This document shows positions 15,423 through 28,889 of a stretch of DNA of 64,000 bases, piece by piece. Below the pieces are notes generated by a model that saw only the letters and a program-made list of their open reading frames with translations, ran no database searches and was not told the origin of the DNA. A program made the translations under genes and the position numbers. The stretch's first letter is position 1. Every line of letters starts with the position of its first letter. The DNA comes from Octopus vulgaris. Lineage: Eukaryota. The stretch is taken from NCBI GenBank assembly GCA_951406725.2, contig OX597835.1, positions 7,502,001 to 7,566,000 on the forward strand, given 5' to 3'.

Positions 15423-16998
15423 CATTCACTCGCACAATTATTGACATCTCTTCTCAAAACGATTTTTATTGAATTTCTCGCAAAAATTAGATGTCTTAGC
15501 AAAACTGTAATGTCACAATGATGTTAACAACGAAAGCACGAATTTTGCCAACGGAGGTGATCTGGCGATGATAATCTCAGCCGATTAAATTTCCAAGCAC
15601 AGTTCAACATCTTCTTCACTGACATAACAAATTCATTATATTTGGTTGCAATATTCATTATATTTGGTTGCAATATAAGAATACGTGTCGAATAATAGAG
15701 GTTACGTCACCCTGAGAAAGTTCTAAAATATAAAAAATTTTAGAACATCGTGTCATCATTTGCAAATTTTCTTTGCCACTTTCCTTTGGTCAACAAACTA
15801 TTCTATCTGCGGCGTCATGGTGAAGGTACAGGAGCACAGTTCTGAGTTAAAGAAGAAGTTTGCCTTTTCTCAGACTGCTGTAGATGGTTATGAGACAATA
15901 TCTAAGAATTTCAATATGGCGAGATCAACTGTTCGCAGCACAATCGTGAAATATCGAGATACCGGTGTGTTGGAGAACAAGAGTGAATACAGTAGAAAGA
16001 AGTTCTTTTCAGAAGGAGATGGTATGATGTTAATTAAAAAGGTCAGCAATGATACCGAGATAACAACTTTGTCGATGATAGCCAATTTGACAGTTATCAG
16101 AATTCGTGTTTCAATAGAAGTGACTTAAAGAAGTACCGTCCATCCGAGACGCCATTGTTAAAGAAGAAGACTTAACTTAACTGCTCGTTTAATATTTGCT
16201 GTTTGCGAGAGACTTTCCATAGAAGCTTGGACGTTTTTGGCACCCTGTTCTGTGGTCTGGCGAGACGGAACTTGAGTTATTCGATTACAGCGATAGAATT
16301 ATCATTTGAAGGAAAAAAAAGAGAAGCCTACAATCCGAAGAATACCATTCCTATCATCAAATATGACGGAAGCAGTATAATGCTGTGGAGCTGCTTTTCC
16401 GCTGAAGACACTGGAAAATTAATTCGAATCGAAGGGGCGATAAAAAAGGGAATTATCTCGATGTAGTCCTCAACGAAGCATACCTCATTTTTAATCTGAA
16501 ATTGGTTGAAAGAAATCAAGGTAGATGTACTCTCATGGCCGGATCAAAGTCATGTCTTAAACCTGATAGAAAATTTGTGGTGAAATTTGAAGAAATGAGT
16601 GAAAGAAAGAAAGCCATCTAATTTGAAGCAAGTGGAATTATATGCAATTGAAGAATGGGTTAAAATTCCTTCTGATCGATTACCTGAAGCTAACACGAAA
16701 TTTACCTCGCAGACTAGAAGAAGTTATTAAGCATAAAGGAGACACCATTGATTGTTAATCATCGAATGTTGTAGAGGTGTCAATAAGTTTTAACAATCCA
16801 ATCATTTTGTTTTTCTGTTTTGCTCGTTAAAATAGATTAGTTTGGAAATTAAAATTTTGTGTCGTGCTCCATTTTGTATTCCTTACACAATTTTTGCCTA
16901 CATCGACAAAAACCTATTTATGTAGACATTAGTTTTCGCGAGAAATTCAATAAAAACTAAGTTTTGACAAGCAATGCCAATATTTGTGCGCATGATTG
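15423..16998 (+). mobile_element. Full-length degraded Tc1 transposon (transposase pseudogene 15817-16758)
   Basis: Imperfect TIRs of about 70 bp; MVKVQEHSSELKK...GYETISKNFNMARSTVRSTI; [23 protein letters not shown]; WPDQSHVLNLIENLW; stops and frameshifts throughout. Confidence 0.9.
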
Positions 16999-17744
16999 TT
17001 CATGTTTTTGTTTCTGTATATATATTATGTGTGTGTGAATGTGTGTGTGTGTGTGTATGTGTGTGTGTGTGTGTGTGTGTGTATAATTATCTGATTAACA
17101 CAGCATTTGTTTGGATAAGTTACTATTAGTTTCATGCGCTGAAAGCACGCCAGCTCAAAGCAATCTTCAGCTATTTTGTACCAGGCCTTTAAAAACATAA
17201 GCATTGGGGTAAATTAGTTCGACAAGAAAAAAATCTTTAAGGCGGTGCTCCAGCATGGGCGCAGTCTAATGAATGAAACAAATAAAAGAAAAGGTAAGAG
17301 ATGGTCTTAATTTTCATTAATATTCTTCATTTGTTTTCCTCTGTCAAAACCCTGCAAAAAGTCGTCAAACTTAATGTCCCTGAATGCAGAAGTGATTTAT
17401 CGGCCCTTCCAGGACGGAATGACAAAAGGCGTTAAGCGACGCACCTCTTCGCTATCGTTACTCCTATCGTTCTATCGCAGTTTTGTGTGAAATGAATAAG
17501 GAATTACCTTTGGGACATCTTTGACCGAAAATTCATTATGGCTGTCATCGTAATCGATGTATTTTTGCAGGTTTATGTTGCATCCTTCAGTTTTACTATC
17601 GTTGCTGCTGCTTCAGCTGGTGTTGTTGTTGTTGTTGTTGCTGTTGTTAGCGATTGCGATGGGGGTTGTAGTAGTAGTGGTGGTAGTTGCGGCTGTGTTA
17701 GAGGTGTTAATTGTGTCAAAAGTATTGTTGATGATTTTGCCGAA

Positions 17745-18660
17745 GGTGATGGTGGTGACGAAGGCGATGGTGGCGATGGTGGTGCTGGTGGTGGTGCTGG
17801 TAGCGATGGTAATGGCGGTGGTCGCTGTGGCGGCGTCGATGGTGGCGGTGGTGGTGGTGATGGCGATGGTGGTGCTGGTGGCGATGGTAATGGCGGTGGT
17901 CGCTGTGGCGGCGTCGATGGTGGTGGTGGTGGTGGTGCTGGTGGCGATGGTGGTGCTGGTGGCGATGGTAATGGCGGTAGTCGCTGTGGCGGCGTCGATG
18001 GTGGTGGTGGTGGTGGTGGTGGTGGTGGTGGCGATGGTGGGGATGGTGGCGATGGTAAAGGCGGTGGTCGCTGTGGGGGCGTCGATGGTGGCGGTGGTGG
18101 TGGTGGTGGTGGCGATGGTGGTGATGGTGGCGATGGTAATGGCGGTGGTCGCTGTGGCGGCGTCGATGGTGGTGGTGGTGGTGGTGGTGGCGATGGTGGG
18201 GATGGTGGCGATGGTAATGGCGGTGGTCGCTGTGGGGGCGTCGATGGTGGCGGTGGTGGTGGTGGTGGTGGCGATGGTGGTGATGGTGGCGATGGTAATG
18301 GCGGTGGTCGCTGTGGCGGCGTCGATGGTGGTGGTGGTGGTGGTGGTGGTGGTGGCGATGGTGGGGATGGTGGCGATGGTAATGGCGGTGGTCGCTGTGG
18401 GGGCGTCGATGGTGGCGGTGGTGGTGGTGGCGATGGTGGTGATGGTGGCGATGGTAATGGCGGTGGTCGCTGTGGCGGCGTCGATGGTGGTGGTGGTGGT
18501 GGTGGCGATGGTGGCGATGGTAATGGCGGTGGTCGCTGTGGCGGCGTCGATGGTGGCGGTGGTGGTGGTGGTGGTGGCGATGGTGGCGATGGTAATGGCG
18601 GTGGTCGCTGTGACGGCGTCGATGGTGGCGGTGGTGGTGGTGGTGGCGATGGCGGTAGCG
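17745..18660. repeat. GGT/GAT-based minisatellite, 11 units of about 66-87 bp
   Basis: Anchor ggcgatggtaatggcggtggtcgctgtggcggcgtcgat recurs 11 times; unit length varies by (GGT)n. Confidence 0.9.
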
Positions 18661-19130
18661 ATGGTGGTCGTGTTGATGGTGGCAGTAGTGGTGGTACTGC
18701 TGACGATGATAGTGAGAATGTGCTGGTCGCATTGCTGGTGGTGGTAGTGGTGGTGGTGGTGGTGGTGGTGGTGGTGGTGGCGGCTGTGTTGCAGATGGTT
18801 GTCATGACGACGGTGATGATGTTGATGATGATATTCATATTTTCTCCGGTCATTTCTTTGCAGATGATCGGCCTTTGGACATTCGTTCGGATATGAAAAG
18901 GCAACGCCGATGTCAACAACACATGAACAAAAAATAATGAAAAAAATAACAAATTAAAGAAAAAAAAAAACTTACAGAAATTGCCGAACATATAGATAAA
19001 AGCATCTGATTTCATTTTGACATCCTTTAGACCATTTCCGAAGGAACGCCTTTCATTGTCCTTACCATCAACACTCTTACTTTCAAATCCGAATTATGTT
19101 CCTCAAAAAGATAGTTATTTTCAATGGTAT

Positions 19131-19460
19131 AGGCGTAGGAGTGGCTGTGTGGTAAGTAGCTTGTTTACCAACCACATGTTTCCGGGTTCAGTCCCACTGC
19201 CTGGCACCTTGGGCAAGTGTCTGCTACTATAGCCTTGGGCCGACCAAAGCCTTGTGAGTGGATTTGGTAGACTGAAACTGAAAGAAGCCCATCGTATATG
19301 TATGTATATATGTGTGTGTGTTTGTATGTCTGTTTGTCTCCCCAACATCGCTTTACAACCGATGCTGGTGTGTTTATCTCTCTGTTACTTAGCGATTCGG
19401 CAAAAGAGACCCCGATAGAATAAGTACTAGGGGTCGATTTGCTCGACTAGAGGCGGTGCA
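19131..19460 (+). mobile_element. SINE family A (3'-truncated)
   Basis: Same head and body as 4607-5043. Confidence 0.8.
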
Positions 19461-19691
19461 TTTTTAATTAATGAATCGTTCGATTACATCATGAAAAGAG
19501 AATGTTTTCTTCACGTGATTAAAAATTTGGTTCGGCGAAAGAATACCACAACACACTCCCATATTTATATGCATATGTGTATATGTTTGTACTTGTACAT
19601 ATGTATGTAGGTGTGTGGATATGTTCGTATATGCCCACGTATATACGCATGTATTCTGATGTGGTATATACATGTATGTGCTGCGCTGGAC

Positions 19692-19728
<37 letters not shown>

Positions 19729-19802
19729 TAAATTACAGACAAAACCACTATTAGGCAAATCAAACAATGAAAAACTTAAGCCAATACATAAGATTATTAT
19801 AT

Positions 19803-19941
19803 TAGGTTGTCCCAAAAGTTCGTAAACACTTGCGAAAATTGAATTTTTACTCGCCAAGTACTAACAAAACAACAAAAATTATTCCTCAAAATAAAGACCA
19901 TTATTTTCCAAGACTTTCTACGAACTTTTGGGACAACCTTA
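19803..19941. mobile_element. Mariner-type MITE
   Basis: TIRs aggttgtcccaaaagttcgta / tacgaacttttgggacaacct. Confidence 0.7.
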
Positions 19942-20013
19942 TATTTATATTATTTGAATATATAACAAAATTATATATGTATATATATATGTATATATGT
20001 ATATATATATATA

Positions 20014-20073
<60 letters not shown>

Positions 20074-21979
20074 CAGTGAGAGTGAGAGAGAGGTGCAAAT
20101 ATACATACATGGATGTACGAGTGTGAGTGTGTATGTATATGTGTGTGTGTGTGCCGTTGGATTTTTCTTTCAATTTTTGGCTGCGTAGATCCCCATTTAA
20201 CTTTTTTATCATCATCATCATCATCATTAGTACTGTAAATGTTAGTATTATTAGTTCTATTATTACTATTTGCTGTTTTCCGTTTTCTATACACAACTTA
20301 CAAGGGTTATTTTTTTTTATATATATTTATCGTTCTGTCTTAAATAGAATGATCTTTCATTAGAGTTAAAGATATTTTTCACGAGTTCGTATCTCCTTTT
20401 CATAAGAAATAAACAAGAAAAAATAATAATAAAAAAAAGACTGTGACAATCAGATAGACATATCTGTCTATCTTTTCTCGTTTTAAATGAAGACGGATTT
20501 TTTTTGATTATTTTAAAAGCTTCGGAGAGTAAAATTAAATGAAACCTACAGGACTAAGATGCTAATATATAGATAAATTAATTGTGACGTACATAGTTGC
20601 TATCTCTGTAAGTTAGTGTCTTGTAATTTTTGTTACAAGCCCCACATTCCGTTGTTGTTGTTGTTGTTGTTGTTGTTGTCGTTCAATACATGTTGTCCCC
20701 GAACGATCATAACCCCATTCATACCTATTTCTTTATTACCCACAAGGGGCTAAACACAGAGGGGACAAACAAGGACATACATATGTATTAAGTCGATTAC
20801 ATCGAACTCAGTGCGTAACTGGTACTTAATTTATCGACCCCGAAAGGATGAAAGGCAAAGTCGACCTCGGCGGAATTTGAACTCACAACGCCTTGTGAGT
20901 GGATTTGCTTGACGGAAACTGAAAGAAGCCCGTCGTATATATGTATGTATAAATATATATATATATATATGTGTGAGTGCGTGAGTATGTTTGTATGTCT
21001 GTGTTTGTCTCGTCAAACTTCGCTTGACAACCGATGCTGGTGTGTTTACTTAGCGGTTCGGCAATAGAGACCGATACAAACAATAAGACTTGGGGTGGAT
21101 TTGCTCGACTAAAAGCGGTGCTCCAGCATGGCCACAGTCAAACGACTAAAACAAGTAAAAGAGAGTAAGTGTAATGCTTACTTATTCACATCGTTTTGAA
21201 TTAATCATGTATCATCTCATAGCTTTGAGATTTCGACGATGTGATTGTTTATTTTTAGAATAAAATTGTAGAGTAGGTGTGATAGGTCGTATCTGGCCAG
21301 TCTCAACTTAAAACAGGTAGAATATTTGGGTTTGATATGGTTTGTTTAAATGTTAAGGGGTTAAACAGGTAATAAATCATTTGCTGTTGTTTGGCAAATT
21401 TTGTCGAGTTCTATACAAAAACGTGGAACGGCACCAGCTGTAATATTTTCTTACTAAGAATTCTCTGAAAGAGATTTTTTTTACAAAGAAGACGCGGGCG
21501 GGATTTTTTTTTTTTTGTTTTTTTTTGTTTTTTTATATGTTTCTCTATGAGAAAATATATTACAATAGTGTCATTCCACGATTGTGTATACATGCAGATT
21601 GCAAGAGAGAACGGATAAACGACTGATAGATTGTTAAAAAAAAACCAGACAGATAGAGAGGCAGGTAGGTAGGTAGACACATAGATATTTAGATAAATAG
21701 AGAGAGAGCGAGAGAGAGAGCTTGATGGAGAAACGCACAGAGAAATGGATCGTCGGTCGACAGATAGAAAGGTAGATTCAATATAAACATATGCATTAGT
21801 GAATACATATAAATACGTACATGTACATACATACATGCATACATACATATATATATATATATGTGTGTATGTATGTATGTATATAATTTTACTAGTTTCA
21901 TTCATTTGACTGCGGCAATTCTGGAGCACTGCCTCAAAAGCGATGGTGGGAGGCAAACATAGACACAAACACAAATATT

Positions 21980-22077
<98 letters not shown>

Positions 22078-22223
22078 AAATAGAAAGATGGATAATCTTG
22101 TTGCAGATTAATCAAAAGTTTAACCGATACCTTGGTAGCAAAAATCACAGCAGAAGACAGCACGGTTGGAGGTACAACCATATGGTGTTGCAACCGTGCG
22201 TTGGTGCAGATAATTGAATTTTA

Positions 22224-22560
22224 ATATTATTAGTGAATTGAAGAAATGGAGTTGAACGAAGATTGAACAGAAATCGTTTTATTGCATTCTACACGTGTTT
22301 CGAAAGGGACAATTTACCAAATTCCGATTGAATAAGGAGACCATATTGTGTCTTTCTCTTCAGGAAGAAATAGGAAATCTGTTCTGTTTTTGTTTTTTCC
22401 AACGGATTTCCTATTTCTTCCTGAAGAGAAAGACACAATATGGTCTCCTTATTCAATCGGAATTTGGTAAATTCTGCCTTTCGAAACACGTGTAGAATGC
22501 AATAAAACGATTTCTGTTCAATCTTCGTTCAACTCCATTTCTTCAATTCACTAATAATAT
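22224..22560. repeat. Near-perfect fold-back (156-bp arms, 25-nt loop) with a hammerhead motif on each strand
   Basis: Arms 22224-22379 and 22405-22560, two mismatches seen. Plus-strand motif 22418-22497: ttc-CTGAAGA-gaaag...ctttc-GAAAC-acgt-GTA-gaa. Confidence 0.9.
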
Positions 22561-22571
22561 ATATATATATG

Positions 22572-22735
<164 letters not shown>

Positions 22736-22958
22736 TGGCGGGCTTCTTTTTGTATTCGTCTACGGTGACTACTCAGAATGTTTAAGTCGGCCGGAAGGTA
22801 TAGATGAGGACACTTGCCCGAGGTGTCACATTATGGGATTGAACCTGAAGCCATGTGGTTAGGAAGTAAACTTCTTGCCACACATACACGCCGTGTGTCA
22901 ATGTGCGTGTTTGTGTGAGTCCATGTTAATGGTGTCTTTCTTTGTTTTTCTCTCTCTC

Positions 22959-23005
<47 letters not shown>

Positions 23006-23267
23006 GTATATATATATAGAGAGAGACGGTGAGAGAGAAAGAGAGAGGACAAGAGAGAGAGAGAGAGAAAAGAGAGAGAGAACAAGAGAGAGAGGACCAG
23101 AGAGAGAGAGGACAAGAAAGAGCGAGGACAAGAGAGAGAGAGGACAAGAAAGAGAGAGGACAAGAGAGAGAGAGAGAGAACAAGAGAGAGATAGGACAAG
23201 AGTGAGAAAGAGAGGACAAGAGACAGAGAGAGGACGAGAGAGAGAGAGAACAAGAGAGAGATAGGAC

Positions 23268-23313
<46 letters not shown>

Positions 23314-23564
23314 CAGTATGGCCGTAGATATAGGAAGCGATGTTAATCTGATTAAATGAGAAAAGCCAGAAGGTTTTGCTTGTTTGCCAAATTAGAAGAG
23401 ACAAGCAGTCAAGGTATCATTATAAATATTATCGAAATCATAGAGTTACCATTAATTTTGATTAACTGATGCCACTGATTCTGTGCTAACGATTTCCTTC
23501 GACAGACGCACAACGACGCCCTCCATCGAGATTGCGACTCTCTTCATTCCAGACCGTTTGTTGC

Positions 23565-23626
23565 AGTTGTAGTAGTAGTAGTAGTAGTAGTAGTAGTTGT
23601 AGTAGTAGTAGTTGGTGGTGGTGGTG

Positions 23627-23671
<45 letters not shown>

Positions 23672-24024
23672 ATAGTAGTAGTAGTAGTCGGTGGTGGTGG
23701 TGGTGGTGGTGATAGTGGTGGGGTGGCGGCGGTGGTAGCGGTGGTGGTGTTGGTGGTGTTGGTGGTGTTGGCGGTGGTGGTAGTGATGGTGGTGGCGGTG
23801 GGAATGGTGGTGGTATTGATGGTGATGGTGAGGGCCGGGGTTGTTGGTGATGTTGTTGTAGCAGTCGTTGTTGTCGATGTCGGTGGTCGTCGTGTTGGCT
23901 GTATAGTTGTGGTGGTAGTGGTGATGATGATGATGATGATGGTGTTGGTGGTAGCGTTGATGGTGATAATAGTGCTTGTGGAGATGATGTTGACCACGAC
24001 GACGACGACAACGACGACGCTGAC

Positions 24025-24063
<39 letters not shown>

Positions 24064-24490
24064 AATAGTGATGGCGGTATTGAAGGTGATGGTGGTAATG
24101 ATGGTTGTAGAGTTGTTGTTGTTGTTGTTATTGGTGGTGGTGGTGGTGGTGGTGGTGGTGGTGTAAGTGATGATGACAGCGGCAATGCTGACGACTTCGG
24201 TTGCGTGCCTGGGGTGGTGCTGATGATGGTGTTGCAGATGCTGGGGTGAGGGTATTGGTGGTGCTGGAGGTTGTGTCAGTGGTGGTGGTGGTGGTAGTGG
24301 TGGTTGTGTCTCTAGTGGTTTTAGTGGTAGAACGGTAGCGGCGGTCGTTGTCCTCATCATCATCACCACCATCATCATAATCATCACCACCACCATCATC
24401 ATCATCATCACCACCACCACAACCACCATCACCACCATCATCATCATAATCACCTCTGCAACCACCACCATCATCATCATCATCATAATC

Positions 24491-24524
<34 letters not shown>

Positions 24525-24708
24525 TCACCACCATCATCATCATCACCCCCACCACCACCACCACGATCATCATCATCATCATAATCACCACCACCACCAC
24601 CACCACCACCACCACCATCATCATCATCATCCCCACCACCACCACCATCACCACCATCATCATCACCATCATCATGATCATCCTCATCCTCATCTTCATC
24701 ATCATCAC
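23565..24708. repeat. Mosaic trinucleotide low-complexity region (GTA/GGT/GAT, then CAT/CAC)
   Basis: Direct inspection; strand polarity of the repeats flips at about 24350. Confidence 0.85.
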
Positions 24709-25380
24709 AGTGTACTATTTCTGATTTACTTTTACGTAGGTTTTGTGTGTATTTTCTTTTTCTGTTGTTTTTCCTTCGTTATTTAATACCTTTTTTTTTA
24801 TTTTTTACGCCTATCTCGCATTCCTTCTGGAAGGATTGATTGATGATGTTAACATTCAATGACGTTTAGCGTTGAAAACAAATCTATGACAATTCAAATT
24901 CGTACAAGGTACTTGACCGAACTGGATACTCGGAGTTAAGGTGAATTACGAGGGATGTATGAAAAGTCTTGAGCCTCAAAAACATGGTACAAGAGTTCTG
25001 AGGAAGGTACAAGACTTCAAGGATCAAAGGCCCAAGACTTTTCATACACCCTCGCATGTTAGTTTTGGAGTATGGAAACTATCGGGTTGTCCGATTTTTA
25101 AAGGAAAGAAAAAGGTCAATAAATACTTGCCATTACATTTTTAATCAACCAAATATGAACCATTTTGTTGCACAATGCGTCTCCATCTTTCCTTTAACTT
25201 GAAAATACCCTCTTCCCAGAATTGAGGTGGTTTCATGGCAAAGAATTCTTATCATCCATTTTAAAGGGTTACAGAATTAGCACAGATTATAGGAGCATAA
25301 ACCTTCTTCCACGAAAAGATAGCTTAAACTGTGCTTTAAATGGAGGTGTAGTAAAATCGTATTTTATGGACTCAACCATA

Positions 25381-25607
25381 CTCTTTACTCTTTTATACTC
25401 TTTTACTAGTTTCAGTCATTTGACTGTGGCCATGCTGGAGCACCGCCTTTAATCGAGCAACTCGGCCCCGGGACTTATTATTTTGTAAGCCCAGTACTTA
25501 TTCTATCGGTCTCTTTTGCCGAACCGCTAAGTAACCGGGACATAAACACACCAGCATCGGTTGTCAAGCAATGCTAGGGGGACAAACACAGACACACACA
25601 TACACAT

Positions 25608-25690
<83 letters not shown>

Positions 25691-25857
25691 TACGACAGGC
25701 TTCTTTCAGTTTCCGTCTACCAAATCCACTCACAAGGCTTTGGTCGACCCGGGGCTATAGCAGAAGACACTTGCTCAAGATGCCACGCAGTGGGACTGAA
25801 CCCGGAACCATGTGGTTGGTAAACAAGCTACTTACTACACAGCCACTCCTGCGCCTA
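25381..25857 (-). mobile_element. SINE family A inserted in a mariner-type MITE
   Basis: Reverse complement of family A, with aaccata on both sides. Host TIR-like ends tcgggttgtccg (25082) and cggacaaccca (about 25926). Confidence 0.8.
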
Positions 25858-26052
25858 TGAACCATATTCTAAAATTAGTCGAAAGGTAAGCTACTATAAA
25901 TCGGCATGAACTTTCCGGACAACCCAATACTTACAACGAACTGAATTATTCCGAACAGTAGCGATGATAGAAAGCGAACCAAGTACCACAACATTGTCTG
26001 TTCTCCATCTCATCAAGTAGTACTTAGAAAGGATGAAAGGCAAAGTCGACCT

Positions 26053-26602
26053 CGACTGAATTTGAAATCAGAACGTAAAGACGGACGAAATGCCGCTAAG
26101 CATTTTGCCCGGCGTGCTAACGTTTCTGCCAGCTCACCAACTAGCACCAACTTAATGATGTCAGTTATTTTACTAAATTCTTCCTTATTTTCGAAAACCG
26201 TATTTCAACAGAAATATGGTAACGAAAATATTATAAAGATTCTAGTGGAGCCAAACTACAAAGACGACCAGTTGTAATAATACATACAACATCCACAGAT
26301 ATAAATAAGATCTAGTGTGTTCTCGATCTCGACTGAATTTGAAATCAGAACGTAAAGACGGACGAAATACCGCTAAGCATTTTGCCCGGCGTGCTAACGT
26401 TTCTGCCAGCTCACCAACTAACACCAATTTAATGATGTCAGTTATTTTGCTAAATTCTTCCTTATTTTCAAAAACAGTATTCCAACAGAAATATGGTAAC
26501 GAAAAAATTATAAAGATTCTAGTGGAGCCAAACTACAAAGACGACCAGTTGTAATAATAAATACAACATCCACAGATATAAATAAGATCTAGTGTGTTCT
26601 CA
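26053..26602 (+). repeat. 277-bp tandem duplication
   Basis: Two near-identical units (ORF ends at 26277 and 26554), each starting inside a SINE B head. Confidence 0.9.
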
Positions 26603-26979
26603 TTGACCTATAATCCCAGTGCAATTCATTATCTTTTAGTATCTTTGATACCTGAAACTCGTCATCAATTACAAATAAGCGTGCACGTTTAAACATTGTC
26701 CTATCAAATGTTTAATCTATTTAGTAAAAGTCAGCTCTACTTTTTTTTGTTGCTGTTATTGATAATTTTTTCTAATTGAAAAGAAATAGTAAATAAAGTT
26801 AACTTTTGTTTGACATTTTCATTTCTCGTCGAACGCAACTGAAAAAAGAATGAAATTGAATTAAATCGTCATCCGTGTTTCATGCTAGATGTATATATTT
26901 ACTGATGAAAGGCATGATACTGTGTTCTTAATGAGACATATATGCTCTTCAAATATATGTATGTATATATATATATATG

Positions 26980-27026
<47 letters not shown>

Positions 27027-27031
27027 ACACT

Positions 27032-27100
<69 letters not shown>

Positions 27101-27102
<2 letters not shown>

Positions 27103-27292
27103 CGGGAAGCTTTTATGAAAAGGTTTACGGAAATAAACAAAAGACGAAGGCAGGTGGAATACAAACAAACAATTGTATTAGTATGGCGCTCAGGAAATAT
27201 AAATAAAACAAGTCTTTAACGTTTCGAGCCTACGCTCTTCAACAGAAAGATACACAGAGAAAAAACACAGAAAGAAGGAGAGAAAAAAAAAA
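27101..27292 (-). mobile_element. (TA)n-embedded short element with variant hammerhead motif (27213-27250); related copies at 42260-42462 and 48970-49040
   Basis: Reverse complement: tcttt-CTGTTGA-a-gagc-gtag-gctc-GAAAC-GTT-aaaga; shared cgctcaggaa motif with the 42260 copy. Confidence 0.55.
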
Positions 27293-27348
27293 TATATATA
27301 ACTATAAGGTAGTCAGAATGCTGGTTGATTATATATATACTTTTTATC

Positions 27349-27787
27349 TACATTTTATTTACACTTTCTTCCGTTATCGGATTTATCAAAAAGTGGTTTG
27401 ATGTTAGATTTCTTGGTCGTTTTATAAATAAAATGTTGTGGGGTTTGCAAAGCAAGGGAGAAGAAAGAAGAAAGAAAAGTTTGAGGAGGGCGAGGTAAAA
27501 AGGCGTGGCTTTTGTATTGACGTGATTAGACTTGTTTGTTTAATACTTATTGACCTTCTCTACCCTAAAAGTTCACTAAGTATTAAAAAAACAAGTCTGA
27601 CTAAACCAAAACAAAATCCACGCCTTTTTACCTCCCACACCTCCTCAAACATTTTTCTTCTTTCTTCTCCTTTGCTTGGCAAACTCCACAATTTATTACA
27701 TTTAAAAAGACCAAGAAATCTAACGTTTAACTGCTCTTTGATAAATCCGATAACAGAAGAAAGCGCTATAAGTGTAAATAAAATGTA
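27349..27787. repeat. Diverged fold-back palindrome, arms about 210 bp
   Basis: tacattttatttacactt...ttaatactta pairs with taagtattaa...aagtgtaaataaaatgta; TA tracts nearby on both sides. Confidence 0.85.
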
Positions 27788-27883
27788 AAATATATATATA
27801 TATATATACTCTAATATATATTTATATTTTAAATGTATTCAATATCTGAATACCTTTTTATCAATGTACAATCTGTACATCCC

Positions 27884-27952
<69 letters not shown>

Positions 27953-28080
27953 TAAAATATATAGAGATAGTAATTTTATATTTCTATTATTGAAAACAAG
28001 TGGATGTATTCCACTGAAACTAGGTAAATAGATTCTTCGAACAGGGACAGTCGGTAGCGACACCTGCTGGGTCTGACTAC

Positions 28081-28123
28081 GCTGCATTGATAAAGGGCAA
28101 ATACCCTGAAACATGTCTGCAGC
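28081..28123 (+). ncRNA. Degenerate minimal hammerhead ribozyme motif
   Basis: gctgca-TTGATAA-aggg-caaata-ccct-GAAAC-at-GTC-tgcagc; perfect stems I and II, core two changes from CTGATGA. Confidence 0.55.
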
Positions 28124-28889
28124 TGTCTGACTGGCAGGATGAAGCGGCTGACCTCCCCTGTTCGAAGGTTTATAATGGACGCAGGTTGTGTGTCAAATAG
28201 CTAGCTTGAGGCGGTGGCCTCTTGGAGCTAATCAGCGACAGCTTTAGTCTTATATTTATAGGACTGCCATATAAGTATGGCGATAACTATTAATTATATA
28301 TACATAGATATAGATATAAATATGTATATATTGCATCTAGAATGTTATCTTCCGAGACAAAAGTCTGGGAAAAGTCTTTATTTTATGGAAGACCATCTGT
28401 CGTCCATGCATAGCAGTCTCCCGTCTCTACGCCACCGATGTTATCGAAGGGACAGGCAAAGGCCGATGCAGCATGGCACCAGCGACTTCGTCACTCATTT
28501 CTACAGCTGAGTGAACTGGAGCAAAGCGAAATAAAGTGTCTTACTCAAGAACACAGCACACAGCTCCGTCCGAGAGTCGAACTCACTAAATAATCACGAT
28601 CACCCTAGTTGTGGGTCGTAGGTAAGTGAACCCTAGACGGGATTAATAAAGAGGGTGGAACGTTTTCATAAATTAGCGGCTATTTTTGTTTGGACGGGAG
28701 CTGAAACACCCCGTGATTGGTACTCGTGTGGGCGACTGGAATTACAAATTAGGCGCACGCAGGGATTACGTTAGTGTAGCCAATACGTGAGAGGAAGTTC
28801 CAGCTATCTTGGTTTCCTAAATGCAGCGATATGGACTTGAACAGATCTAGGATAATCGCCTCGGTTGTACTCGGAGTTTACATTAATAG

